A stretch of 64,000 nt of DNA from Scyliorhinus canicula (taxonomy: Eukaryota), in contig NC_052147.1 in NCBI RefSeq assembly GCF_902713615.1, positions 2,976,001 to 3,040,000 on the forward strand. The letters are read 5' to 3'. The notes under the pieces were generated by a model. That model was not told the origin of the DNA. It ran no database searches and saw nothing but the letters and a program-made list of their open reading frames with translations. The translations under genes and the position numbers were made by a program. This document shows positions 34,896 through 47,690 of the stretch, in pieces. Position 1 is the first letter of the stretch, and every line of letters starts with the position of its first letter.

Positions 34896-36668
34896 GGTGC
34901 TGCGCTCCCTCGGCCTGACCCTCCTCGGCCCACCCCCTCTGCCGGCGCGGCGCTCCCTCGGCCCTGCGCTCCCTCTGCCGGCGCGGCACTCCCTCGGCCC
35001 ACCCCCTCTGCTGGTGCGGCACTCCCTCTGCCGGCCCGGCGCCCCCCGGCCCTGTGCTCCCTCTGCCGCCCCCCCCCCCCCCCCCCCCCCCGGCCCTGCG
35101 CTCCCTCCGCCGGCCCACCCCCTCTGCCGGCCCGGCGCCCCCTCGGCCCACCCCCTCTGCCGGCCCGGCGCCCCCTCGGCCCACCCCCTCTGCCGGCCCG
35201 GCGCCCCCTCGGCCCACCCCCTCTGCCGGCCCGGCGCCCCCTCGGCCCACCCCCTCTGCCGGCCCGGCGCCCCCTCGGCCCACCCCCTCTGCCGGCCCGG
35301 CGCCCCCTCGGCCTACCCCCTCTGCCGGCCCTGCGCTCCCTCTGCCGGCCCGGCGCTCCCTCGGCCCTGCGCTCCCTCTGCTGGCCCGGCGCTCCCACGG
35401 CCAACCACCTCTGCCGGCACGGCGCCCTCTCAGCCCTGCGCTCCCTCTGCCGGCCCGGCGCTCCCACGGCCCACCACCTCTGCCGGTAAGGCGCCCTCTC
35501 GGCCCTGCGCTCCCTCGGCCTGACCCTCCTCGGCCCACCCCCTCTGTCGGCACGGCGCTCCCTCGGCCCACCTCCTCTGCCGGCACTTCGCTCCCTCGGC
35601 CCTGCGCTCCCTCTGCCGGCACGGCGCCCCCTCGGCCCACCTCCTCTGCCGGCCCTGCGCTCCCTCTGCTGGCCCTGCGCTCCCTCGGCCCTGCGCTCCC
35701 TCTGCCGACCCTGCGCTCCCTCGGCCCTGCGCTCCCTCTGCCGGCCCGGCGCTCCCTCTGCCGGCCCGGCGCTCCCTCGGCCCTGCGCTCCCTCTGCCGA
35801 CCCTGCGCTCCCTCTGCCGGCCCTGCGCTCGCTCTGCCGGCCCTGCGCTCCCTCTGCCGGCCCTGCGCTCCCTCGGCCCTGCGCTCCCTCTGCCGGCCCT
35901 GCGCTCCCTCTGCCGGCACTGCGCTCCCTCGGCCCTGCGCTCCCTCTGCCGGCCCGGCGCCCCCTCGGACCACCCCCTCTGCCGGCCCGGTGCTCCCTTG
36001 GCCCTGCGCTCCCTCTGCCGGCGCGGTGCTCCCTTGGCCCTGCGCTCCCTCTGCCGGCGCGGTGCTCCCTTGGCCCTGCGCTCCCTCTGCCGGCGCGGTG
36101 CTCCCTTGGCCCTGCGCTCCCTCTGCCGGCGCGGCGCTCCCTTGGCTCTGCGCTCCCTCTGCCGGCACGGTGCTCCCTTGGCCCTGCGCTCCCTCTGCCG
36201 GTGCGGCGCCCCCTCTGCCCTGCGTTGCCTCAGCCCACCCCCTCTGCCGGCGCGGTGCTCCCTTGGCCCTGCGCTCCCTCTGCCGGCGCGGCGCTCCCTT
36301 GGCTCTGCGCTCCCTCTGCCGGCGCGGTGCTCCCTTGGCCCTGCGCTCCCTCTGCCGGTGCGGCGCCCCCTTGGCCCTGCGCTCCCTCTGCCGGCGCAGT
36401 GCTCCCTTGGCCCTGCGCTCCCTCTGCCGGCGCAGTGCTCCCTTGGCCCTGCGCTCCCTCTGCCGGCGCAGTGCTCCCTTGGCTCTGCGCTCCCTCTGCC
36501 GGCGCAGTGCTCCCTTGGCTCTGCGCTCCCTCTGCCGGCCTGGCGCTCCCTCGGCTCTGCGTTGCCTCGGCCCACCCCCTCTGCCGGCGTGGCGTCCCCT
36601 CTGCCCTGCGTTGCCTCGGCCCACCCCCTCTGCCGGCCCGGCGCTCCCTCGGCCCGGCACCTCGGCCG
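34896..36668. repeat. CpG-rich compound minisatellite (modules CCCTGCGCTCCCTCTGCCGG / CTCGGCCCACCCCCT) in TMED8 intron 5
   Basis: Directly visible; ~33-36 bp higher-order units. Confidence 0.95.
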
Positions 36669-36931
36669 TGCAGTGCTTTGGAATTTGTGCTGTGGTATCT
36701 GCCGCACCCCATTTATTTGGAGTTTTCAGGCAGTGATTCTCAGCCTAGTTTAGCTGTACGGTACTGGCTTTGTTCCAATGACATCAGGTGGATCATCCAG
36801 CTATAAACCAGAGCCCTGGTGTATTGCCCTCTGCATCCACCTTTGCTAAATCATCTCCCTCTGGCCTCATCATTGTTCAACTGTCTCTCCCTCTTGTGCT
36901 GCTATTAATAACCGCATCCATTTTTCCCCAG

Positions 36932-37149
36932 CGCCCCCAGTCGAGGGAGACATTGAGAGGGGAACTAAAGATTTCAGCCGATCTGATCTGGAGGAGATCC
37001 TACCTGTGTACCGAAAGGACAGTCACTTGGAAGTGCAGTCCGGCAGTCACAAGTACCCAGGACAGGGAGTCTACCTGCTCAAATTCGACAACTCCTACTC
37101 CATCTGGAGGCATAAAACCCTGTATTACCAGGTCAACTATAGCTCGTGA
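36932..37149 (+). CDS. TMED8: TMED8 last coding exon 6, GOLD domain C-terminal half
   Basis: Translates [72 protein letters not shown]. Acceptor TTTTTCCCCAG|. The six exons sum to 1077 nt (358 aa + stop). Confidence 0.95.
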
Positions 37150-37849
37150 AGGATCGACGCAGCAGCAGCAGCAAACCCCTTGGGAGGGGAAAAGAATCCA
37201 TGTCCCATCCCTCCAGAGATATTCTCTCCAAGTCAGCCTTTTGTTTTCCTTCTGTGATAGTTGTTTTTCTGTACAAGAATCTGACTGGAGCAAATGTGCC
37301 CAACATCCAACACCAGGAACTCATTTAACTCCTCACATCTGTGGCATGTGGTGCTTATTTTGTGGGTTTTTTTTTTGTTTTCACAGTATTGTCTTTACGT
37401 TATTAATTGTATTTTTGGTACCACTGAATTTATATATACATATATATATATATATATTTTATGTTTAAAATTTATTTTCACTGTTTTCTGCCGCTACGCA
37501 CTTGTTTTACAAACCTCTGATATGTTGAAGGACGGAAGCTGTGACGCCTTTTCTAGTGCAATATCTGATTGGAGCTTGTTTTGTGCTGTTTCTCAGCGGG
37601 TTGCAGCTGCACCCCAGTGTTTACATGTCACCTGTTACACTCCCTCACTCCCAAGGTACACCTCGAAACATTGGTTACTCTTCCTTTAATTATAGAATCG
37701 ACACCACATTCCAAGCATTGGAAATTAGAACGGGGATGTGGTGGGGGTGGTGATGGGTGGGGGGGGGGGGGGGGAATGAATGTAATTTGCGACTTCCGCG
37801 AGACACAATATATTTTGTATTCTGTGTACTGCCTGTAAAGAAAAAGATA

Positions 37850-37855
37850 AATAAA
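37850..37855 (+). terminator. Candidate TMED8 polyadenylation signal AATAAA
   Basis: About 700 nt after the stop codon, at the end of an AT-rich 3'UTR-like stretch. Confidence 0.6.
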
Positions 37856-38202
37856 GATGAATTCTAACCTTGTCCCGTGTAAGGGGAGCGGGAAAAAAGC
37901 CTTCAGATACCGAAATTTGAAGTCAAAACAGGGTCACACATACACTGCAAATCCGCCACTGTCTGTGAGCGACAGCACTTAACAGCTGACAAAATACTTC
38001 TGAAGGGCAGGCGGTATTGCAAGGCAGGAAACAGTTGAACCAGTTTGCGGACAGCTATCTCCACAAACAACAGTGTGATAATGACCAGATAATCTGTTCA
38101 ATTGTGTTTATTGAGATATAAATATTGTCCCAGAATACTGAGTGGAACTCATCTCTGCCGTGAGATCCTTTACCACATCAGAGGGCCGCTGGGGCCTGAG
38201 TT

Positions 38203-38504
38203 TAATAATCTTTATTGTCACAAGTAGGGTTACATTAACGCTGCAATGACGTTATGGTGAAAATCCCCGAGTCGCCACATTCCGGCGCCTGTTCAGGTAC
38301 ACAGAGGGAGAATTCAGAATGTCCAATTCACCTGACAGCACGTCTTTCGGGACTTGTGGGAGGAAACCGGAGCACCCGGAGGAAACCCACGCAGACACGG
38401 GGAGAATGTGCAGACTCCGCACAGACAGTGACCCAAGCCGGGAATCAAACCTGGGACCCTGGTGCTGTGACGCCGCAGTGCTAACCACTGTGCTACCGTG
38501 CCGC
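38203..38504 (-). mobile_element. V-SINE with GTGACAATAAA tail
   Basis: Reverse complement of the copy at 31996-32305. Confidence 0.85.
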
Positions 38505-38580
38505 ACATTGGGATGGTAACTTCAAGATGAGAGCAAAATGAGCAGTATAAATTAAAGTTAGTCTCTAAAAATGCATTATA

Positions 38581-39720
38581 GGGGACATCCGGTGGCAGCC
38601 ATGGAGTCATTGGTCGCGCATTTGGTGGCTTTCGCTTAAGGTGAAAGTTTCTCGTCCTTCCCCACCCGATTTGAGGGGTGTTTTGCTGGTGAATGGTCCA
38701 TAAGCACTGAAGGATTGCAATACTCTGGTGGGGCTGGATTATGGCTTACCAGAGTGTAACAAATAAGAGGCAGCAGCTTGGTCACGAGAATCGTCGAGGT
38801 GCGACACAGAAAAAGATCGCAGAAGGTGCTGGGGAATCGTTGGCCGCCCAGTGGTCTGCAGAGCAGCTGGTGAACTTTCTGAACAACAAGTTCCAGCAGC
38901 AGAGGGTGGAGCCTCAGAGGACCTGGCTAACAAGGGGCTGGCTTAGCACTGTGGACTAAACATCTGGTTTGTAATGCAGAACAAGACCAGCAGCGCGGGT
39001 TCAATTTCCGTACCGGCATCCCCAAACAGGTGCCGGAATGTGGTGACTAGGGGCTTTTCACAGTAACTTCATTGAAGCCTACTTGTGACAAACTATTATT
39101 ATTAATGTGGTGGAGCAGCGTAGGGCAGCTATCGATAGATAGAGTGGAGCAAAGGCTGACAGCACGGGGCCTGGCACTCCAGAAGGTGGAGGAGTCGATG
39201 GGCGAGCATGAGGACTGGCTCTCCTCGCTGGAGACGGAGGTAGTGCAGGTGGCGGAATAGCCAAAGGAGGTTGAGGGAGAAGGTGGAGGACCTTGAGAAG
39301 CGCTCCAGGAGGCAGAATCTACGGATTTTGTGGGGATGTTGAAGGAGTGCAGGCTGTTAAATACGCCCCAAATATACTGGAGAGGCTTATTGGAGGAGGG
39401 GGTCTTTCACTGTCCCCTCGAGGTGGATCGAGCGTAGAGGGCGCTGAGGAGGAGGCTGAATGCCGGAGAGTCGGCGATGGGGGTGAGGCTGCATTGTTTT
39501 CTCCATTTGAATCAGATGGGTGAGGCAGACAAAGCAGAGCACCTGGGACGGGAACAAGCTGAGAATATACCAGGACCCGGGTGTGGAGTTGGCCAACCGG
39601 TAGGCTGCCCACAACTGGTTCAAGGCTGCCCTCTACAAGGAAGGGTGATGTTTGGGGTGCAGTATCCTGCTTGTCTGTGGGTCACACATTAGAATTGGGA
39701 GTTTTATTTTGATACACCCC
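38581..39720 (+). mobile_element. L1-clade LINE 5'UTR and degraded ORF1, split by a SINE at 38935-39105
   Basis: Coiled-coil-like segment followed by DLEKRSRRQNLRI (~39289-39327), the L1 ORF1p DLENRSRRxN motif. Confidence 0.75.
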
Positions 39721-39739
39721 CCCCCCCCCCCCCCCCCCC

Positions 39740-40955
39740 GGGTTCTTAATCACCATGGATCCACCATGCCCATCCGTTCCATAAACCCTCCCACCTCCTT
39801 CGCCATCCGCAGCCATCCCATTGACCTGGGGCTCGACCTGTCCACCCTCTGCTCCAACACACAATTAAAGTCTCCTCCCTTAATCAACTGGTGCGTGGCC
39901 AAGTCTGGAATCGTGCCAACAAACTGTACATCACCCCAATTCAGTGCGTACGCATTTACCACCACCACCTCCCTTCCAACACCCCGCTCGCCATCACATA
40001 TCTCCCACCCGGGTCCCTCACTTCCTTCACACTCACAAACCCCGTCAATTTACTCAACAAAATGGCCAGCCCCCCTGCCCCGCCCTGCCCCGTGACTTCG
40101 AGTCGAACCCCGAGTGGAATACCTGACCCACCCATCCCTTCCTCAGTCTAACCTGGTCCAGTATATTCGGACCTTGTTCCCCTTCCGTTCACAGTTCCGT
40201 TTCTCCCTGGCCCAGTGCAGGATCCTTTCCTTTTCCACAAACTTGTGGACTCTTACGATCACTGCCCGAGGCGGAACCCAGCTCTTGGCTTCTGCCTCTG
40301 AGACCTGTGCGCTCTGTCTACCTCTGGGGCCTTGTCCAACACCCCCTCTGCCAGGAGCCCTGCCAGCATCCTGGAAACGTATCTCATGGCATTCAGGCCT
40401 TCCACGCCTTCAGGCAGGCCAGCAATGCGCAGGTTCTGCCTTCCTGACCTGTTCTGCTCTCAGTGTCTTGCAAAGGGCTCCCAGGAGCCCCAGCTCCTCC
40501 TCCAATGCCACCACCTGGTCACTGTGGGCTGACACCCTCTCCACCTCCTGGATCTGCAAACACTTCTCGACCCTCTCCATTGAGCCCTTCAGAGGTGCCA
40601 CAGCCCCTTTGATGCCCTTCGATCGGGCCTCTTGCATCTCCTTTCTTTGTTGGCGGAATCCTTCCATGATGAAGGCCATCAACCTTTCCATCTGGGGACC
40701 TTCCAGCCTGCTCTGACTCCTCCCCATCTGTCCACTGCTGGACCACAGATCTCTTCCAAGTCCTTGGCCAGGTCTTTCACCTTCTGCCGGGTTTGGTAAC
40801 CAGCGGACATGACACACCCAGAGGGAACTTCTCCTCAGCTACACTTGCCCGTCAAAATTTCTCCCGTTTTTGGAAAAAGGGCTTGGTTCTACGCCTTTGA
40901 GCAGGAGCTGCTCTGTGCGAGACCACTCAGACCATGGCTGCCACCAGAAGACATG
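39740..40955 (-). mobile_element. Inverted L1-clade fragment (5' end, ORF1 piece, ORF2 endonuclease piece)
   Basis: ORF 39750-39968 VVVNAYA..GGDFNCVL..MGMVDPW is an APE endonuclease; ORF 40410-40817 is ORF1-like; its 5' end resembles 38585. Confidence 0.75.
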
Positions 40956-42920
40956 GGAAGAGATTTCAATACGGTTCGGGATCCTAGCTTACTCCGGTTG
41001 TGCCCGAGGTTCCTGAGGGTTTCAGCGACAGCGAGAGAGTTGAAGGAGGGTGGTCATGGACTGTCTGGGTTCAATGCAGGCGGGGAAGGCAGCGGGTCGA
41101 GATTGGATTTCCAGCTGAGCTTTATAAGCAGTTTGGGTGGGAGCTGGGGCCTGTGCTTGTTGGGATGTATAATGAATCAATTCCCACCCCCGCATGGTCA
41201 CAGGCGTCCGTACCACTGATTTTAAAGAAGGAGAAAGACCAGAAGCAGTGTGGGTTGTACCGCCCGATTTCGCTGTTAAATGTGGATGCAAAGTTGTTGG
41301 CATAGGTGTTGGCGTTGCAAATCGAGGATTGTGTGCCGGGGGTGATGGGAGGAGACCAGACGGGGCTTCGTGAAGAAGTGACAGCTGTTGGTGAATGTAC
41401 GCAGGCTGCTTAACATTATGATGCGCTGGGAGGGGCAGGAAGTGGTGGCAATGGTTGCGGAGAAGGCTTTTGAGTGGGCATATTGTTGGAGGTGTTGTCA
41501 GTTTGGGTTTGGCTGTTGTATACAGCGCCGAAAGCTAGTGTCTGGACGAATAGGATAGTTTGGAGTATATTGTGCGACACTGGGAGACGAGGCAGCGATG
41601 CATGCTCTCCCCTCTGCTTTTTGCACTGACGATAGAGAACAACAAAGAACAAAGAAAAGTACAGCACAGGAACAGGCCCTTCGGCCCTCCAAGCCTGCGC
41701 CGACCATGCTGCTCGTCTAAACTAAAATCTTCTACACTTCCTGGGACCGTATCCCTCTATTCCCATCCTATTCATGTATTTGTCAAGACGCCGCTTAAAC
41801 ATCACTATCGTCCCTGCTTCCACCACCTCCTCCGGCAGCGAGTTCCAGGCACCCACTACCCTCTGTGTAAAGAACTTGCCTCGTACATCTCCTCTAAACC
41901 TTGCCCCTCGCACCTTAAACCTAAGGGGGGGGAGGGGTGGCTTTGCTGAACCAGTTGAATGACTCCCGGGCAGCAAATATCACAATGGTTAGGGAATGGG
42001 TGTTGGAGGAGGTGTCGTTGTGTAGGTGGTGTTGAACATGGAGCAGAGTGCCGCAGCGGAAGCGTGCTGGGCCCATAACCCAGAGCTCGCTGGATCGAAA
42101 CCATTCTCTGCTAGTGTGGGTGGTGTTGTGTAGGGGGACCAGTTTGAGGGCACTGTTGTTGGTGCCCCTGCCGCTCTCGCCGGTCCAGTACTCGGTGAGT
42201 CCGGTGGTGGTATCAGTGTTGAGGGTTTGGAACCAGCGTAGGCAACACTTCGGATTGTAAGGCATGTCGCTGTGAGCACCGATATGTGACAACCATAGGT
42301 TTGTGCCGCAGGGGCTGGACACGAGGTTCCGAGGTGGTGGTAGGTGGGGATAGAGCACTTCAGGAATTTGTTTGGGAGAGGAAAGTTTGCAGGCCTTGAG
42401 GAGGTTATCAGTTGCCTGAGGGAAACAGGTTCAGGTACCTGAGGGACTGCTAGAGAAGAGGTGCTGCCCCTTCCAGAGCTGCCACCTCCAGTGCCGTAAG
42501 ACAAGCTGTTGTTCGAGGATGATATTGGGGAGGGGAGAGTGGCGGATATATATGGAGAGTTGGGGGAGAGGGAGGGCTCCTGTGGAGGAGGTCGGACACA
42601 AGTGGGAGGGAGAGATAGGGGCTGGGATGTGGAGGGAAGCCCTGTTTCCTCGTCGTTGGCAAGGTTAAGCCTCATCCAGATCAAGATGGTGCACAGAGCC
42701 TACAAGACGGTCTTCAGGATGAGCCGGTTCCTTTCGGGAATGGAGTTGGGGGTGGGGGCGGGGCGGGGGGCAGGGCGGGGCGGGGGGCAGGGCGGGAGGG
42801 GCGGGGGGCAGGGCAGGGGGGGCGGGGGGGGGGGGCAGTGCACCACCTGCATATATTTTGGGCTTGTCCGAGGTTGAGGGGTTTTGGGATGTAATGTCTG
42901 TCATGTTCTTGTGCACTGGC
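40956..42920 (+). mobile_element. Degraded L1-clade ORF2 fragments with nested CR1 tail (41636-41922, -) and tRNA copy
   Basis: YRPISLLNVDAKLLA, ETRQRCMLSPLLFALTIE, LSLIQIKMVHRAY motifs. Confidence 0.8.
42042..42113 (+). tRNA. Initiator tRNA-Met(CAT) copy, probably a pseudogene
   Basis: 68/72 match to the recalled vertebrate tRNAiMet (AGCAGAGTGGCGCAGCGGAAGCGTGCTGGGCCCATAACCCAGAGGTCGATGGATCGAAACCATCCTCTGCTA). Changes hit the D-stem/A box (nt 10), variable loop and T-stem. No oligo-T terminator. Confidence 0.9.
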
Positions 42921-43012
42921 CGATAGGAATGATGCACTACAGAACATCTAGTTCTTGACTAATTAAAATAATTTATTATAAAACAAATCTGTGGTAAAGA
43001 TAACTGGAATAT

Positions 43013-43237
43013 GGGCAGCACGGTGGCACAGTGGTTAGCATTGCTGCCTACGGCGCTGAGGACCCGGGTTCGAATCCCGGCTCTGGGTCACTGTCCGTGA
43101 GGAGTTTGCACATTCTCCCCGTGTCTGCGTGGGTCTCACCCCCACAACCCAAAAGATGTGCAGAGTAGGTGGATTGGCCACGCTAAAATTGCCCCTTAAT
43201 TGGAAAAAATAATTGGGTACTCTAAATTTAAAAAAAA
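43013..43237 (+). mobile_element. Short poly(A)-tailed V-SINE variant with 16-bp TSD
   Basis: AAAGATAACTGGAATA at 42996-43011 and 43235-43250. Confidence 0.9.
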
Positions 43238-43799
43238 GATAACTGGAATAAACATACTACTAACACTAACTAATAATTATTGAGCTACTGCAAAATACAT
43301 CTATCCACCAACACGGCTTACTCCCGAGGCACAGAGTCACATGGTAGGTTTACACTGCCACCTGCTGGTCGGATGTTATATACATTATTATATACAAGAT
43401 TGCTTCTGCATATCATCACAATGTCCGACATTCTGGGCGCAGGGTAGCTCTGAGTCCGGAGGTGGCGATATTTGGCGTGTCGGAAGATCCATTCCACTTG
43501 CTCGTACAGAGAAATGTTGTAATGTGTCCTCGTGGTGGAAGCTGTATTGTTCTTGTACATTTTGCAGCTGAATTCATTTATGCAGCATTAAGTTTTAGGA
43601 AATTTTCTTTTGGTGCTGATGTCTTCTTCCACAGGCATGGATTGCTTTTCAGTATCCCAACCAAGAAACCTTTTCGCATGGAGTGTTAAAGCTGTTCACC
43701 AGGGATGGCCAACAGACCTACCCAGTGTCTTCATCCAACTCCCTTTTAAATAAAACCTTGCATTTTCCCCGGAGATGTGCTGGATGAGAATGAGGGGGA

Positions 43800-44335
43800 G
43801 GCAGTGGCGTAGTGCTATTGTCACTGGACTAGTAATCCAGAGATTATATTACAGGATCAATGTAGCTCAATTGGCTGGACAGCTGGTTTGTGATGCAGAG
43901 CTAGGCCAACATCACGGGTTCAATTCCTGTACCAGCTGATGTTATTCTCAATCTTGCCCCTCGCCTGAGGTGTGGTGACCCTCAGTTAAGTCACCACCAG
44001 TCACCTCTCCCCTTCAAAGGGGAAAGCAGCCTATGGTCATCTGGGACTGTGGTGATTTTAATTCTTCCAGAGGTCCAGGGGAATGCTCTGGTGATCCGGG
44101 TTTGAATCCGAACATGGGGAATAAATTAAATAAAATACCTGGAACTAAAAGTCTAATGATGACCATGAAACCATAGTCGATTGTGGTAAAAACCCATCTG
44201 GTTGATTAAATGTCCTTCAGGGAAGGAAATCTGTCACCTACCTACATGTGACTCCAGATCCACAGCAGTGTGGTTGGTTCTCCAATGTCCTCAGGGATGG
44301 GTAATAAATGCTGGCCCAGCCAGCAATGTCCAATC
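43800..44335 (+). mobile_element. SINE of the 29425 family with another tRNA-headed SINE nested at ~43852-44060
   Basis: Head GGCAGTGGCGTAGTG...GGACTAGTAATCCAGAG is interrupted and resumes at TCCAGAGGTCCAGGG. The insert has its own GGTTCAATTCC B box. Confidence 0.65.
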
Positions 44336-44584
44336 AGCAGGTCTGGAAAGGAGGAGCAGTGTTTTGGGGAAGATGTTGATTGAAGCCTTGGATGATCGTT
44401 CCACTGCTAATGGAACTCTGAAGTTAACAGCAGCAGCTATTGGCCTGGACCAGAGCAACCAACTCCGTGCAGGGGTGAATGCAGATGATTCAGGGCAGTT
44501 CTGGGTGGTACTGTTGCCCAGTAAAGCACAGGGAATTCTGGCCTGACATTTCACATCTGCAAATTTGTAAGGGGAGTGAACTTG

Positions 44585-45930
44585 TTTGAACTGTCCTTAT
44601 TCGTCCAGCCCCCTCCCCCCCGAGCGAACTGGTGATTGTCACAGATCGGTGACCACACTGACGCCCACTCCAGTCTCATGTGCTGCCTCCATTGCCCCCA
44701 CACCCTCAGGGCTGCCACCACCACTGGGCTTGTGGAGTACCGAGCCGGCGAGAATGACAGAGGTGCCGTTAACAAAGCCTTCAAACCCGCGCCCTTACAG
44801 GATGCCGCCTCTACCCGCTCCCACACCGACCCCTCCCCCCACTACCTAACCATCGGAATATTAGCCATCCAGTAGTAATTAATAAAAATAGTCGTGGGGA
44901 GAGTCTCGTCCCTCGGCACAGGCTAAACATTCTGATCAAACCCAGTTTGTCCTCACATTCGCGACCCGTGCCTGATATAGCAATCAGACCCAATCCACGA
45001 ATCCCTGCTTGAACCCAAATCTTCCCAGGGCATCCCACAGTTACCTCCACTCCACCCGATCAAAGGCCTTCTCTGCATCATGGACACCACCACCGCGACC
45101 TCGCTTCCCTCCGCAGACATCATTATCACATTTGGGAGCTGTCTTATATTCAACGTCAGGTGTTGTCCCTTCACAAATCCCGTCTGGTCCTCCCCTATTA
45201 CCCCCGGAACACAATCCTCTACGCGTGTGGCCAGGATATTTGCCTGCAATTTCACATCCACATTTAGCAGGGAGATCGGCCTTTCCCGCTTCAGAATAAG
45301 GGAAATCGATGCCTGCGATAACGTTGGGGAGAGCACTCACAACTCCTTCGACTCATTAAAAACCTTTACCAGGAGCCGCCCCAACAGCCCGGAAAACCTT
45401 TTTGTGGAATTCGACCGGGTATCCGTCTGGTCCTGGGGCTATACCCGATTGCATTGCCCCCAATCCATCTACAACCTCCCCAAGACCGATTGGGGCTCCC
45501 AAATCCTCAGCCAACTCCTCATCTATCCTCGGGAACTCCAGCGCCCCCCCCCAAAAATTGCTTCATACCCTCCTCCCCGGCTGGGGGGTTTCCGATTTAT
45601 ACAATTTACCATAAAACTCTCGAAACACGTCGTTCATCCCCGCTGGATCCAGAACCGCCCCCCCCCCCCCCCCCCCCCCCCCGCATCCTTTACTTTCCCA
45701 ATCTCTCTCACTGCCTTCTGTTTCCTCAGCTGGTGTGCCAGCATCCTGCTGGCTTTTTCCCCGTATTCATACACCACCCCCTTTACCCTCCTCAGCTGTC
45801 CCTCTGCCTTGCCTGTGGACTGGAGCCCAAATTCTAGCTGCAGTATCTGACGCTCTTTCAGAAGCCCGTCATCCGGAGACTCCGCATACCTCCTGTCCAC
45901 CTGTAAAATGTCGCCTACCAGTCTGTCCAA
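44585..45930 (-). mobile_element. L1-clade ORF2 fragment with internal deletions
   Basis: YEYGEKASRMLAHQLRKQ, RPISLLNVDVK, EDQTGFVKG, DAEKAFDRVEW, RGTRLSP motifs. Confidence 0.85.
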
Positions 45931-47690
45931 CTGTTCTGCTAATGACTAGGTCAGGGCTAATGTGACTCTTCCTTTGCTTCTGTAGCCTGTTTGAAGATTC
46001 AGAGCACTTGTTGTAGCCTGCACCAATTAGTAAGGGCAGACTGGTTCCCTGATGGACTTGCACACTGCTTCGCTCAGCTATTGAATAGTTAGAACACTTA
46101 ACGTGATGTACCTAATATGGACAAAGGAACTTTGTACGGCAATTATTGGTATTTCGCACCAAGAGAATCTTGTAACATCAAAGAAGGCCATTTGGCCCAT
46201 TGTGCTTCTGCTGGCCTTTTGAAGACGCTATACAATTAGTCCCATAACCCTGCAAATGTTTTACCTTTCAACTCCTTATCCAATTCCCTTTTGAAAGTTA
46301 TTGAATCTGCAGCGTGTTCCAGATCATCGGGGATCGCTGTGGCAATATTTTCCCCGTATCTCCCCTTTGATTCATTTTCTCGTTTTAACCATGTCCTCTG
46401 GTTATCATTCCTCTTCACTGGAAACAGTTTTTCCTGCCTCCCAAAACCCTTTGTGACTATGAACAGATCTATGAAATGTCCCCCAAAGCTCTGCTCCAAT
46501 GAGTCCAGTCTCTGCACAATAATCAATGTTGGCAGTGAATACTTGATGCAGGTCTTTTAATTATCATTAAAGTGCCCCCAAGTGTTTCTATAGCATTATA
46601 ATGTAGTGAGCTGCTATTGGTCATGTTGCGCAACTTCTCCTCATCTATCTTTAGACCTCATTCTGCTGGGGGGGGTCTGATTAATAGCTCTATTTTCCAC
46701 TCTGTCAGTTAATGTTAAGTCAGGTAGGTAGGTGCCTTAGTGATGTAAATCTATTTTACGGTAGAGGTGGATCCCGAATCTCCAAATCAGCTCTGAGTAA
46801 GTCCAGCAATGATTCAAAGGGATGATACTTGGGACAAAGGAACTAAGTTCTCAAGGCGAGTCTGGGTCCCTTGAAGAGGGGGATGAATTGATTAAGGTCT
46901 GCAAAGTAATGAAGATGATTGACAGAAAGGGGGTGATTCTTCTTTTGAACAGGGTGAGGACTTAGTTTAAGGAAGGGACAATACCATTTGGGAATATCTT
47001 TTGAAATTAGATGGTGGAGTTAGATGAAGGGGGTGTGAGTTCAAACTGGGGGATGGTAAAGATGGGAAGTTCTGCTTTGCACAGATCGATATGAGGAACG
47101 GATGTGGAGACAAACAATTGGATTGTTAAATCTTTCCCATTATGGGGCATCATTGCCACGGGGTGGGATATACCCACCCTTATTCCAGGGATTCCCATTA
47201 TCCTAGGTTTTCCCACTCCTATTATACTGGGATAATAAATTAATCCCTGAGTGTAAATCCCTGGGATAAGAGTGGGAGCTCTTGGATGAGAGTGTGAATT
47301 CCTGGGATAAGAGTGGGAATCCCTGGGATAGTCACTGGGAATTCCTGGGATAAGAGTGCTAATCCCTGGGATAGTGAATGGGAATCCCTGGGATAGAGAA
47401 TGGGAATCCCTGGGATGATGAGTGGGAATTCTGGGATGATGAGTGGGAATTCCTGGGATAGTGAATGGGCATTCCGGGATAATGAGTGGGAATTCCAGGA
47501 TATTGAGTGGGAATTCTGGGATAGTGAGTGGGAATTCTTGGATAATGAATGGGAATTCCGGCATAGTGAGTGGGAATTCCGGGACAATGATCGGGAATTC
47601 CGGGTAACGAGCAGGACATCTGGGTTAATGAGCGGGAATTCTGGGGTAGTGTGTGGGAATTCTGGGTAGTGAGTGGGAATTCTGGGATAA

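Noticed and set aside
25428-36806. Long repetitive ORFs over the arrays at 25.5-26.9 kb and 34.9-36.7 kb
   Set aside because: Intronic minisatellites open in most frames, with no splice or homology support.
32478-37149. ACBD3 as the identity of the GOLD-domain gene
   Set aside because: No acyl-CoA-binding or Q-rich exons seen. The six-exon ~358-aa structure, exon 4 motif and SAMD15 adjacency fit TMED8.
42042-42113. Functional tRNAiMet gene
   Set aside because: Substitutions disrupt the D-stem/A box and T-stem, there is no Pol III terminator, and it lies inside an L1 fragment.
43635-43787. Acceptor-like site followed by AWIAFQYP..., reminiscent of a beta/gamma-crystallin motif
   Set aside because: Similarity is limited to about 8 residues, the Greek-key pattern does not continue, and no partner exons were found.
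44336-47170. Unique-looking stretches with short ORFs or acceptor-like sites (44336-44560, 45960-46070, 47007-47160)
   Set aside because: Could not be joined into a phase-consistent gene model and no recognisable homology; left uncalled.
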